Below, in pieces: positions 47,825 to 56,830 of a stretch of DNA of 64,000 bases. The stretch is from contig CAUJJX010000030.1 in NCBI GenBank assembly GCA_963205165.1, positions 878-64,877 of the forward strand, given 5' to 3'. The translations under genes were made by a program, and so were the position numbers. Below the pieces are notes generated by a model that had not been told where the DNA came from, did not search any database, and saw only the letters and a program-made list of their open reading frames with translations. This DNA is from Pseudomonadota bacterium (lineage in GTDB: Bacteria; Pseudomonadota; Gammaproteobacteria; Burkholderiales; Ga0077523). Each line of letters opens with the position of its first letter. The first letter of the stretch is position 1.

Positions 47825-49474
47825 TCAGGCGTCGTCGCGGAGCAGGCGTCGCTGCACCTTCCCGGACGTGGTCATGGGCAGCGACCCGACGAACTCGAAG
47901 AGCTTCGGGCACTGGTAGGGCGCGAGTCGCGCGCGGACGTGGGCCGCGAGCGCAGCCTCGGTTTCCGGGGTCGGGGCGTGGCCGGGGGTCAGGACGATCA
48001 CGGCCTTCACGAGGCTGCCGCGCTCCTCGTCCGGAACCGCGATCACGGCGGCGTTCGCGACGGCCGGATGCCGCACGAGGCAGTTCTCGATCTCGGACGG
48101 GCCGATGCGGTAGCCGGCGCTCTTGATGACGTCGTCGGTCCGGCCGCGATACCAGTAGTAGCCGTCCTCGTCGCGCTCGGCGAGGTCGCCGGTGCGCGCC
48201 CAGTCGCCGTGGTACTTCGCGGCCGTCGCCTCGGGCTGGTTCCAGTAGCCGAGGAACATCACGGGGTCGTTGTCGCGATGGAGCGCGATCTCGCCGAGTT
48301 CGCCGGCGGGCAGTTCGCGGCCCGCGTCGTCGAGCAGTGCGATGCGGTGGCCCGGGTAGGGACGTCCGACAGCGCCGGGCTTCGGGTCGAACACCCGGCT
48401 GCAGCCGCCGATCACGTAGTTCATCTCGGTCTGGCCGAAGATCTCGTTCACGCGCACGCCGAACTGGTCGCGGATCCAGCCGAAGAGCGTCTCGCCGACG
48501 GCTTCTCCGCCGCTCATCATGCTGCGCAGGTCGATCTGCCAGCGGCCGCGGACATCGCCCAGCTCCTTCATCATCATCTTCAGCGCCGTCGGGAACAGGA
48601 AGGCGTTCCGGACGCGGTACTTCTGCATCAGGTCGCATGCGCGCTCGGGGTCGAAGCGGCCGCGGTACGCGACGAGCGGCAGTCCGAAGTGCCACGTCGG
48701 CAGGAGTGCGTCGAACAGCCCACCGGTCCAGGCCCAGTCGGCGGGTGACCAGAAGCAGTCGCCCGGTTCCGGCAGGAGATCGTGCGAGCAGCAGAAGCCG
48801 GGCAGGTTGCCGATCAGCGTGCGATGCGGAATCAGCGCGCCCTTCGGCGAGCCGGTCGTGCCGCTCGTGTAGATGATGTACGCGGGGTCGTTCGCGCCGG
48901 TGACGACGGGCTCGAAGGCATCGCTTGCGCGGGCGAGCAGGGTGTCCCATTCGAGGACGTGCGCCTCGCGCGCGCCGGCGACACCGATCACGTGCGTGAG
49001 CGACGGCACGTTCGCCCGGATGGCGAGCAGCTTCGGCAGCGAGTCCGGGTCGACGATCGCGACCTTCACGCCGGCGTCGGTCAGGCGGTATTCGAGGGCG
49101 TCCGGTCCGAAGAGGTGCGACAGCGGGACCGCGATCGCGCCCATCTGCGTGATCGCGACGTGCGCGATCGCGGTCTCGGGACGCTGCGGCATGACGATCG
49201 CGACACGGTCGCCGCACGTGATCCCGAAGGACGCGAGCGTATTGCTCAGCCCATTGGCCCGCACCTGGAGTTCGCGGAACGTGTGGCGGCTGGTGACACC
49301 CGTCTCGTCCTCGTAGTGCAGGGCGATGCGATCGGGGTCGCGGGCGTGGCGGCCGCAGACGTCCACGCCGATGTTGAACTCGGACGGGACCTGCCAGCGG
49401 AAGCGGGCGACGAGGTCGTCGTAGCTGCGGGCGTCCCGCGGGAGGTGCATCACGTCGTCGGCGCTCACGGCCAT
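47825..49474 (-). CDS. AMP-forming acyl-CoA synthetase/ligase (ANL superfamily)
   Basis: The AMP-binding motif is IIYTSGTTGSPKG. GEIFGQTE-like EIFGQTEMN, GDLAERDEDGYYWYRGRTDDVIKSAGYRIGPSEIE and the C-terminal SGKVQRR are present. ATG at 49474 overlaps the upstream gene stop by 10 nt. Confidence 0.88.
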   Translation of the reverse strand: MAVSADDVMHLPRDARSYDDLVARFRWQVPSEFNIGVDVCGRHARDPDRIALHYEDETGVTSRHTFRELQVRANGLSNTLASFGITCGDRVAIVMPQRPETAIAHVAITQMGAIAVPLSHLFGPDALEYRLTDAGVKVAIVDPDSLPKLLAIRANVPSLTHVIGVAGAREAHVLEWDTLLARASDAFEPVVTGANDPAYIIYTSGTTGSPKGALIPHRTLIGNLPGFCCSHDLLPEPGDCFWSPADWAWTGGLFDALLPTWHFGLPLVAYRGRFDPERACDLMQKYRVRNAFLFPTALKMMMKELGDVRGRWQIDLRSMMSGGEAVGETLFGWIRDQFGVRVNEIFGQTEMNYVIGGCSRVFDPKPGAVGRPYPGHRIALLDDAGRELPAGELGEIALHRDNDPVMFLGYWNQPEATAAKYHGDWARTGDLAERDEDGYYWYRGRTDDVIKSAGYRIGPSEIENCLVRHPAVANAAVIAVPDEERGSLVKAVIVLTPGHAPTPETEAALAAHVRARLAPYQCPKLFEFVGSLPMTTSGKVQRRLLRDDA

Positions 49475-51150
49475 GGCGCGTACTCCATCTCGGGTTCGAG
49501 GTGATACAGGCGGAAGCGCTCGCGGTTGTCGCCGGCGCGATGACCTTCCCAGACGAGTTTCCAGGGCGCCTGCATCAGTCCGTACGTCCGGCTGCCCTCG
49601 ACGAGCAGGTAGTCGCAGCGGTCGGCGCGGATGCCGTTCTCGATGCGCTGCGTCGTCAGGTCCATGTAGTAGTGCAGCAGTCCGCGCTGGGATTCGCCGA
49701 GCGCGAGACTCGTCACGCAGCGTCGTTCGGCGGGCAGCGCGGCGGCGAGCGACTGTTCCATGGTGCGGTACGACTTCGCGTTGTCGATGAATCCGAGCAT
49801 CAGGCTGGTCAGCACGCCCCAGAACGCCGTCGCGCCGATCGACCAGGCGAGGAACGGCCGTTCGTTGGAGCGGCGGATGTTGAACAGCGCCACGAGCCAT
49901 CCTGCCGTGAGGGCAGCGGCGAACAGCATCGTCCAGACGCTCACCGACGGTACGTAGCCGGGTTCCATCCGGGCCATGTGGTTCGCGAGGCGTGTCGGGA
50001 CGCCGAACTCGACCGCGACCCAGTAGAACCAGATCACGGGCAGCAAGAACAGGAAGAACGCGATGCCGAACCAGAAGAAGGCGTTGAGGGCGCCGCGTCG
50101 CAGTTCGGGGATGACGCCGGCAGCGAGCACGGTCAGCGGTACGAGCAGCGGCAGGGCGAAGACCTCCCGCTTGTCGTGCGATGTGCTCAGGAGGAGCAGC
50201 ATCGCGACGAGCAGGATCGCCGGGACGGCGAGCGCGGCGCGGTCCCGGAGTTCGCGGCGGCCGGTCCAGAGAGCCAGCAGCGCGAACGGGAACACCGGCC
50301 ACGCGAACCACGGCAGCACCTTGAGGTAGTAGGCGAACGTGCCGTGCCCCGCGCCCGGCAGGTCGAATCGATAGCGCCCGAACTCGTGGATCGAGATCCA
50401 TTCGTGCAGCAGTCGCGGATCGCGCATGTACATCAGGACCGGCCAGACGATCAGCCAGGGGGCGGCGGCGAGCAGAGCGGCGACCAGCGCGCGGGCGGAG
50501 CCGGGCGTGCGGTACGGACGGCAGAGCGCTGGCAGGAGCAGCGCGGTCACGGTAAGTCCGATGGCGCCGAGCAGTCCGCGCGACAGGAAGGCGAGTCCGA
50601 TGCCGGTGCCGACGGCGAGTCCGCCGATCCAGGCGCGGGTCGGGACGAGTGCCAGTCCGAAGGTGCCCAGCGCGAAGGCCGTGAGCAGGGCGTTGTCCGG
50701 CGACAGCTGGTGGGCGGGCTGCAGGATCCCGACGCATCCGACCAGCAGAAGCGGTCCGAGCCATCCGCGACCGGCGCCGTGGAGGAGGCGCACGGTCGAC
50801 CCGACGAGCGTGAGGGTCGCGGCGCCGAAGACGATGTTGACGAGCCGGACCGCGTCGTGGAGTTCGAGGAAGGGCGTGAAGAGCTTCCCGGCGAGCGCGG
50901 CGGCCGCGTAGTAGAACGGCGGATGGCGGAGGAAAGGCTCGCCGGCGAGACCCGGCACGACGAAATCCCCCGACAGCAGCATCTGGTGGACGACGCCCAG
51001 CACGTAGGCTTCGTCCGGTTTCCAGGGCTGGTGTCCGACGAGCCCGGGGAGCAGCCACACGATGCACAGCAGGGCGACCACGAGCGGACGGCGGTGCTCG
51101 AGGGCGTCGGCGATGGCGTCGAAACGCAGCCTGTTGGCGCCGAGGATCAT
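49465..51150 (-). CDS. GT39/GT83-type (ArnT/PMT-like) integral-membrane glycosyltransferase
   Basis: It has about 12 predicted TM segments. The first-loop motif is HQPWKPDEAYVLGV (the DE motif of the ArnT/PMT_2 family). There is a soluble C-terminal domain of ~120 aa. ATG at 51150 is 10 nt after GGAGA. Confidence 0.75.
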   Translation of the reverse strand: MILGANRLRFDAIADALEHRRPLVVALLCIVWLLPGLVGHQPWKPDEAYVLGVVHQMLLSGDFVVPGLAGEPFLRHPPFYYAAAALAGKLFTPFLELHDAVRLVNIVFGAATLTLVGSTVRLLHGAGRGWLGPLLLVGCVGILQPAHQLSPDNALLTAFALGTFGLALVPTRAWIGGLAVGTGIGLAFLSRGLLGAIGLTVTALLLPALCRPYRTPGSARALVAALLAAAPWLIVWPVLMYMRDPRLLHEWISIHEFGRYRFDLPGAGHGTFAYYLKVLPWFAWPVFPFALLALWTGRRELRDRAALAVPAILLVAMLLLLSTSHDKREVFALPLLVPLTVLAAGVIPELRRGALNAFFWFGIAFFLFLLPVIWFYWVAVEFGVPTRLANHMARMEPGYVPSVSVWTMLFAAALTAGWLVALFNIRRSNERPFLAWSIGATAFWGVLTSLMLGFIDNAKSYRTMEQSLAAALPAERRCVTSLALGESQRGLLHYYMDLTTQRIENGIRADRCDYLLVEGSRTYGLMQAPWKLVWEGHRAGDNRERFRLYHLEPEMEYAPWP

Positions 51151-51232
51151 CCGTCCGGTTTCTCCGATCGTTGGCGGTGCGGGGAGTTTGCAGGGTGGAC
51201 GCGCGTCACGGAATCGCATCGTCCTCGAAACG

Positions 51233-51255
51233 AAAAAGGCAGCCCGCGGGCTGCC
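51233..51255 (-). terminator. Intrinsic terminator of rpmE2
   Basis: GGCAGCCCGCGGGCTGCC (51238-51255) is a perfect palindrome. On the minus strand it is followed by TTTTT (51237-51233). It lies 25 nt after the rpmE2 stop. Confidence 0.8.
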
Positions 51256-51279
51256 TTCTGCGCTGCATCAGGTCGTGTA

Positions 51280-51546
51280 TTACTTGGCGACCGTCGGGAT
51301 GCGGCTGTAACGCTGGCGGAACTTCTCGACGCGACCGGCCGTGTCGAGGATCTTCTGCTTGCCAGTGTAGAAGGGGTGCGAGGCGGACGAGATTTCGACC
51401 CGGATCACCGGATACTCGTTGCCGTCTTCCCACTTCATGGTTTCGCGGTTCTTGGTCTCGATCGTCGACCGGGTAAGGAACGAGAAGTTCGCACCGGGAT
51501 CGTGAAAGATGACTTCCTTGTACTCGGGGTGGATACCCTGCTTCAT
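51280..51546 (-). CDS. rpmE2: 50S ribosomal protein L31, type B (zinc-independent form)
   Basis: [28 protein letters not shown] ... [13 protein letters not shown]. The CxxC zinc-ribbon motif is absent. ATG at 51546 is used. Confidence 0.92.
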   Translation of the reverse strand: MKQGIHPEYKEVIFHDPGANFSFLTRSTIETKNRETMKWEDGNEYPVIRVEISSASHPFYTGKQKILDTAGRVEKFRQRYSRIPTVAK

Positions 51547-51693
51547 GGCTCGAATCCTGGCTGGGCCGGGCGATTGCCGACCGCACGGCATTTTGGGAAC
51601 ACGACGGGCCCCCCGTCGCAAGGGGCGTGATTATCGTGACAAATCAGGTATGGGGCAAGTGCCGCGGCGAATCGGTCGCGGACATCTGCGCCG

Positions 51694-52953
51694 TCAACCT
51701 CGGCGCATCGAGTCGAAGAAGTCGCCGTTGTTCTTGGTGGAACGAAGCTTGTCGGTGAGGAACTCGGTGGCTTCGAGTTCGTCCATCGGATAGAGCAGTT
51801 TCCGCAGCACCCAGATCTTCTGGAGGATCTCCTGGCGGATCAGCAACTCCTCACGACGCGTGCCCGAACGGTTCACGTTGATCGAGGGGTAGATCCGCTT
51901 CTCGGCCATGCGTCGGTCGAGGTGGATTTCCATGTTGCCCGTGCCCTTGAACTCCTCGTAGATCACGTCGTCCATCCGGGAGCCCGTATCGATCAGTGCC
52001 GTGGCGATGATCGTGAGCGAGCCACCTTCCTCGATGTTGCGTGCCGCACCGAAGAACCGCTTCGGACGCTGCAGCGCATTCGAGTCGACGCCACCGGTCA
52101 GCACCTTGCCCGAGGCCGGGACGACGGTGTTGTAGGCGCGGGCGAGGCGGGTGATCGAGTCGAGCAGGATCACGACGTCCTTCTTGTGTTCTACGAGGCG
52201 CTTCGCCTTCTCGAGCACCATCTCGGCAACCTGCACGTGGCGCGTCGCGGGTTCGTCGAAGGTCGACGACACGACTTCGCCGCGCACCGAGCGCTGCATC
52301 TCGGTCACTTCCTCGGGACGCTCGTCGATCAGCAGCACGATGAGATAGATGTCGGGGTAGTTCACCATCAGCGAATGCGCGATGTGCTGCAGCATCACGG
52401 TCTTGCCGCTCTTCGGACTCGCGACGAGCAGTCCGCGCTGGCCCTTGCCGATGGGCGCGATGATGTCGACGATGCGGCCGGTGAGATTCTCCTCCGACTT
52501 GATCTCGCGCTCGAGGATGAACTGTTCCGTCGGGAAGAGCGGCGTCAGGTTCTCGAACAGGATCTTGTGCTTGGCGTTCTCGGGCGGCTCGTTGTTGACC
52601 CGATCGACCTTCACCAGCGCGAAGTAGCGTTCGCCGTCCTTCGGGGTCCGGATCTCGCCCTGGATCGAGTCGCCGGTGTGCAGATTGAAGCGGCGGATCT
52701 GGGACGGACTGACGTAGATGTCGTCGGGGCCGGCGAGGTACGAGGTGTCGGGTGACCGCAGGAAGCCGAAGCCGTCCGGCAGGACCTCGAGCGTGCCGTC
52801 GCCGAAGATGCTGTCGCCGCGCTTCGCCGTGTTCTTCAGCAGCGCGAAGATCAGGTCCTGCTTGCGCATGCGGTTGGCGTTCTCGATCTCGGCCGTCTGG
52901 GCCATCTCGACGAGTTCGGTCACGTGCAGGTTCTTCAGGTCGGACAGGTGCAT
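51694..52953 (-). CDS. rho: Transcription termination factor Rho
   Basis: From ATG at 52953 ([18 protein letters not shown]...), the 419-aa product is collinear with E. coli Rho. Shared stretches include [23 protein letters not shown], the P-loop SPKSGKT and [13 protein letters not shown]. The track ORF extends 60 codons further, to a GTG inside trxA (see findings). Confidence 0.93.
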   Translation of the reverse strand: MHLSDLKNLHVTELVEMAQTAEIENANRMRKQDLIFALLKNTAKRGDSIFGDGTLEVLPDGFGFLRSPDTSYLAGPDDIYVSPSQIRRFNLHTGDSIQGEIRTPKDGERYFALVKVDRVNNEPPENAKHKILFENLTPLFPTEQFILEREIKSEENLTGRIVDIIAPIGKGQRGLLVASPKSGKTVMLQHIAHSLMVNYPDIYLIVLLIDERPEEVTEMQRSVRGEVVSSTFDEPATRHVQVAEMVLEKAKRLVEHKKDVVILLDSITRLARAYNTVVPASGKVLTGGVDSNALQRPKRFFGAARNIEEGGSLTIIATALIDTGSRMDDVIYEEFKGTGNMEIHLDRRMAEKRIYPSINVNRSGTRREELLIRQEILQKIWVLRKLLYPMDELEATEFLTDKLRSTKNNGDFFDSMRRG

Positions 52954-53122
52954 CGGCGTACCCGTGCCGCGCGGCACCGGATTGCCCCGCTTCTGCTTCG
53001 GATGACCGCCGTGTCGACCGCCCTGCTGCTGCGGCGAGGCGCCGTCCGCTGCCGCGTCCGCGGGCGCTTCCTGGGTGACGATCGGCTGCTCGGCGGCCGG
53101 GACGTCCGGTTCGGTTGTGGAC

Positions 53123-53449
53123 TCAGATGACACTGTCGATGAATGCCTTCAGCTGGGATTTCGGGACGGCGCCGACCTTCTGCGCCTCGAGATTGCCGTT
53201 CTTGAAGATCTGGAGCGTCGGGATGCCCTTCACGCCCAGCTTGCGCGGCGTGGCCTGGTTCTCGTCGATGTTGATCTTCGCCACCTTGAGGCGGCCGGCG
53301 TATTCACTCGCCAGTTCGTCGAGCGACGGGGCGATCTGCTTGCAGGGGCCACACCACTCGGCCCAGAAGTCCACCAGGACTGGGAGTTCGGCGCGCAACA
53401 CTTCGGACTCGAAGGTGTCGTCGGTCACATGATGGATGTGTTCACTCAT
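53123..53449 (-). CDS. trxA: Thioredoxin
   Basis: The 108-aa product has the active site WAEWCGPCK and the typical TrxA length and fold motifs ([11 protein letters not shown]). Confidence 0.95.
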   Translation of the reverse strand: MSEHIHHVTDDTFESEVLRAELPVLVDFWAEWCGPCKQIAPSLDELASEYAGRLKVAKINIDENQATPRKLGVKGIPTLQIFKNGNLEAQKVGAVPKSQLKAFIDSVI

Positions 53450-53694
53450 CGGCGTACCTCAAGGCAACTTGAACGGGGGGACTGCTGAATGACGGAGGGG
53501 AGAGCCGACTGCAGAAGGGAGTCGGGGAGCCCGGCTCCGGACGGAGCTTTCGGGCAGGCGCTTGCATCGTAGCCCAAATCCGAACGCGTTGAAAAGGCGC
53601 CTCGGCTACAATCGCGCCCCTGTACAAGAGGGGCGTTCGACACGTCCCTCGTCTCGTCGTCGATCGACCCGTCTTCCATCCGGACCCGAACAAT

Positions 53695-54018
53695 ATGGCC
53701 TACGTCGTTACCGAAAGCTGCATCAAGTGCAAGTTCACCGATTGCGTGGACGTCTGTCCCGTCGACTGTTTCCGCGAGGGGCCCAACTTCCTCGTGATCG
53801 ATCCCGACGAGTGCATCGACTGCACGCTCTGCGTGGCGGAGTGTCCCGTCGAGGCCATCTACGCCGAGGACGACGTGCCGGCCGATCAGCGTTCGTTCAT
53901 CGCGCTGAATGCCGAACTGTCGAAGGGCTGGAAGGCCATCATCGAGAAGCAGGACCCCCTTCCCGATGCCGACGACTGGAAGGACGTCAAGCCGAAGGCC
54001 CAGTTGCTGGAGAAGTGA
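53695..54018 (+). CDS. fdxA: 7Fe ferredoxin (3Fe-4S plus 4Fe-4S), FdxA type
   Basis: [51 protein letters not shown] shows the canonical Azotobacter-type Cys pattern. The size is 107 aa. Confidence 0.93.
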   Translation: MAYVVTESCIKCKFTDCVDVCPVDCFREGPNFLVIDPDECIDCTLCVAECPVEAIYAEDDVPADQRSFIALNAELSKGWKAIIEKQDPLPDADDWKDVKPKAQLLEK

Positions 54019-54079
54019 TGTCACCGGGGCGGCGTCCTTCCGCCCCGGTGCCGGGCCGGCCGGGTCCGGGAGTCCTCCC

Positions 54080-56830
54080 GTGACATCCCGTACCGGCGCG
54101 TCATCGGCGCACGGTGCGCCGGACCTTCCCGGCGTTGCCGGCCTTGTCCTGCCGCGCACCGGCCTGCTCGCGGAGGCCATGCGGCGGTTGTCGCAGCATC
54201 ATCGCGAGCGCTCGTCCGATTTCTCTGACATCACCGTCGTTCTGCCGACCCTGGCGCCGGCCGCCGCGGCCGCGGGGCATCTTGTGCAGGTGCTCGACCG
54301 CGGCGTGCTCCTGCCGCCGTGCTTCACCACTTTCCGTGAACTCGCCGAGGCCATGCCCGTCGAGGCTCCGCGTGTGCCCGACATCCGTCGCGAGCTTGCT
54401 CTCTATGGTGTCCTCCGGGACCAGGGACTCGTCGCGCGCGGCGCGCTCTGGCCGTCGGCGCGCGAACTCCGCCAGCTCGCCGACGAACTGACGCTGCACC
54501 GCGTCGGACTCGCCGATTCGCTCGACGAATTCTCGCGCCGCGTCGAGGCCGCATACGGCGTGTCGGGCAACCAGCCGATGCAGTTCGAGGCGCGCGTCGC
54601 GTTCGAGGCGTGGCGCCAGCTCGCCGGCGACGGCGATGCCGCGAGCCGCTACCAGCTCGGACTCTCCGCCGCGGCCGCCGCTGCCGACGGCCCCCTCTGG
54701 ATCGTCGATGCCGGCCCGCTGCGGCCGTCCGAACACGCGTTTCTCGCGGCGTGGGCAACGCTCCACCCCGTCGTGGTCATCGAGGCCGATCTCGCACTCG
54801 ACACCGAACCCTTCGCGCGGCTCCTCGCAGCGGCCTGGCCGCGCGAACGCTCCGAACCACTCGCCGATCGCGCCGCAACCATCCGCGCATCCGACCCGGT
54901 GAGTCCGGCTGTCGGCCGGCTGTCGTTCCACGGCGCGCTGCACCTGGAGGACGAAGCCGCTGCCGCCGATCTCCGCGTCCGGCAGTGGCTCGCCGACGGC
55001 GTCGGACGCATCGCGATCGTCGCCCTCGACCGCCTCGCGGCCCGCCGGCTGCGTGCGCTGCTCGAACGCGGCGGCGTGCTCGTTCAGGACGAGACCGGCT
55101 GGACGCTCTCGACCGTCGCCGCCGCCACCGTCGCGGCACGCTGGCTCGACTGCTTCGCCGAAGGCTTCCCCTGGCGCGGGCTGCTCGATCTCCTGAAGTC
55201 GCCGTATCTCTTCTCCGATCGGCCGCCCGGATTCCGTCGTGAATGCGTCGCCCGGATGGAGCACTGGATCCGCGACGGCAACGTCGTCGCCGGCCTCGAC
55301 GGCATCGCCGCGAAAGCCAGGCAGGCGGACGACGGCGCGCCCGTGCTCGCGGTGATCGACGCGCTGACGGGTGCCCGCGCCGCGATGGACGGCAAGCGCG
55401 CGCCCGCGGCCGTCTGGATGTCGCGCCTGCGCGCCGCGCTCGACCGCCTCGGCGTCACGCCCGGCCTCGCCGCCGACACCGCCGGCGCGCAACTGCTCGA
55501 CTGTCTGTCGCGACTCGCGTCCGAGGCCCAGGGCGACGCACTGCCGCTCGTGTTTTCCGAATGGCGGCGCTGGCTCGACGGCGAACTCGAACGCGCGCTC
55601 TTCCGCGATCGCGACATCCGCAGCCCCGTCGTCATGAGCCATCCGGCCGCGCTGCGACTGCGGCGCTTCGACGCCGTCGTGCTGCTCGGTGCCGACACCG
55701 AACACCTGCCGCAGCATCCCGCGCCCGGCCTGTTCTTCAACGATGCCGTGCGCGGCGAACTCGAATTGCCGACAGCCGCGATGTCCGACGCGCGCGCGCT
55801 CGCCGATCTCACCGCGCTGATGACCGACAGCGATCGCTGCTTCGTGACGTGGCAGGCGCGCCGCGACGGCGAGACCGTCCCGCCGGCGCCATGGCTCGAC
55901 ACGCTCGAAGCGCTCCACGAGATCGCCTGGGGATCCGGCCTGCGCGACGATTCGCTGCGCACCGCGATTCCCGTGTCCGCCGTTCCCGCGCCCGAGCCGG
56001 CTGCGCCACCGCTGCCCGCGACGATGCCCGCGCCTGCGGCCGGCGCGCTGCTCTCGCCGCGGCTCACGGTGAGCGCGTGGGGCAGCCTCGTCGCGTGTCC
56101 GTACCGTTTTCACGCGCGGCACCTGCTGCGGCTCAACGACCTCGACGACGTCACCGAGGCGCTCGAGAAACGCGACTTCGGCGAGCTCGTCCATCGCGTG
56201 CTGCTGCGATTCCACGACCGCTTCCGCGTGACGCTCGACCATCCGCGCGAGACGCTCGAAGCCGCACTCCACCAGATCACCGACGACGTCTTCGGACGCG
56301 TCGCCGCATTCGACTATCTCGCCCACGCGTGGGCTGCGCGGTGGCGCAAGCGGATTCCGCCGTATCTCGACTTCCAGCGTGGCCGCGAAGAATCCGGCTG
56401 GCGCTGGAGCGCGGGCGAAGTGAGCCGCGAGTTCGCGATCGACCTCGACGACGGCTCGGTCGTCACGCTGTCCGGCCGGCTCGACCGCGTCGACGTCCAT
56501 GCACCGACCGGCGATCGCGGCGTCCTCGACTACAAGACGCAGCCGTCCGCGCGCCTGCGGGATCGCCTCGCCGACGACGTCCAGCTCACGAGCTACGCGC
56601 TGCTCGAACCGGATGCGTCGGCCGCCGGATTCGTCGCTGTCGACGAGGACCCCGTGAAGCCCGTGCTGCTCGCCGGCGATGTCCGTGCAGCCGCCGCGGA
56701 CGAACACGCGCGGTTGCGCAGCGTGCTGTCGCGTGTCCGGGCGGACGCACCGCTGCCCGCGCACGGCGACGACGCCGCGTGCACGCACTGCGAGATGCGC
56801 GGCCTCTGCCGCCGGGATCACTGGGCATGA
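54080..56830 (+). CDS. addB: AddB-type double-strand-break repair nuclease subunit (PD-(D/E)XK with Fe-S cysteines)
   Basis: The C-terminal nuclease motif is RLDRVD...GVLDYKT. There are four Cys: ACPYRF upstream, then CTHCEMRGLC. It pairs with addA through an ATGA overlap. I did not recognise a Walker A motif. GTG at 54080 is 8 nt after GGGAG. ATG at 54179 is the alternative. Confidence 0.75.
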   Translation: MTSRTGASSAHGAPDLPGVAGLVLPRTGLLAEAMRRLSQHHRERSSDFSDITVVLPTLAPAAAAAGHLVQVLDRGVLLPPCFTTFRELAEAMPVEAPRVPDIRRELALYGVLRDQGLVARGALWPSARELRQLADELTLHRVGLADSLDEFSRRVEAAYGVSGNQPMQFEARVAFEAWRQLAGDGDAASRYQLGLSAAAAAADGPLWIVDAGPLRPSEHAFLAAWATLHPVVVIEADLALDTEPFARLLAAAWPRERSEPLADRAATIRASDPVSPAVGRLSFHGALHLEDEAAAADLRVRQWLADGVGRIAIVALDRLAARRLRALLERGGVLVQDETGWTLSTVAAATVAARWLDCFAEGFPWRGLLDLLKSPYLFSDRPPGFRRECVARMEHWIRDGNVVAGLDGIAAKARQADDGAPVLAVIDALTGARAAMDGKRAPAAVWMSRLRAALDRLGVTPGLAADTAGAQLLDCLSRLASEAQGDALPLVFSEWRRWLDGELERALFRDRDIRSPVVMSHPAALRLRRFDAVVLLGADTEHLPQHPAPGLFFNDAVRGELELPTAAMSDARALADLTALMTDSDRCFVTWQARRDGETVPPAPWLDTLEALHEIAWGSGLRDDSLRTAIPVSAVPAPEPAAPPLPATMPAPAAGALLSPRLTVSAWGSLVACPYRFHARHLLRLNDLDDVTEALEKRDFGELVHRVLLRFHDRFRVTLDHPRETLEAALHQITDDVFGRVAAFDYLAHAWAARWRKRIPPYLDFQRGREESGWRWSAGEVSREFAIDLDDGSVVTLSGRLDRVDVHAPTGDRGVLDYKTQPSARLRDRLADDVQLTSYALLEPDASAAGFVAVDEDPVKPVLLAGDVRAAAADEHARLRSVLSRVRADAPLPAHGDDAACTHCEMRGLCRRDHWA

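Noticed and set aside
49475-51067. Upstream extension of the acyl-CoA synthetase ORF (track ORF 47825..51067)
   Set aside because: It overlaps the GT39-like membrane protein gene in a different frame and is Arg/Pro-rich. The ANL-family alignment starts at ATG 49474.
51626-51641. Possible Zur box (CGTGATTATCGTGACA) upstream of the zinc-independent L31 gene
   Set aside because: The sequence is a direct CGTGA repeat around an AT core, not the inverted repeat expected of Zur/Fur boxes. It is not convincing without a matrix search.
55243-56826. 528-codon upstream extension of the addA ORF (track ORF 55243..60195)
   Set aside because: It overlaps addB in another frame and encodes poly-Arg/Ala/Pro. 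The helicase N-terminus with Walker A starts at ATG 56827, which overlaps the addB stop.
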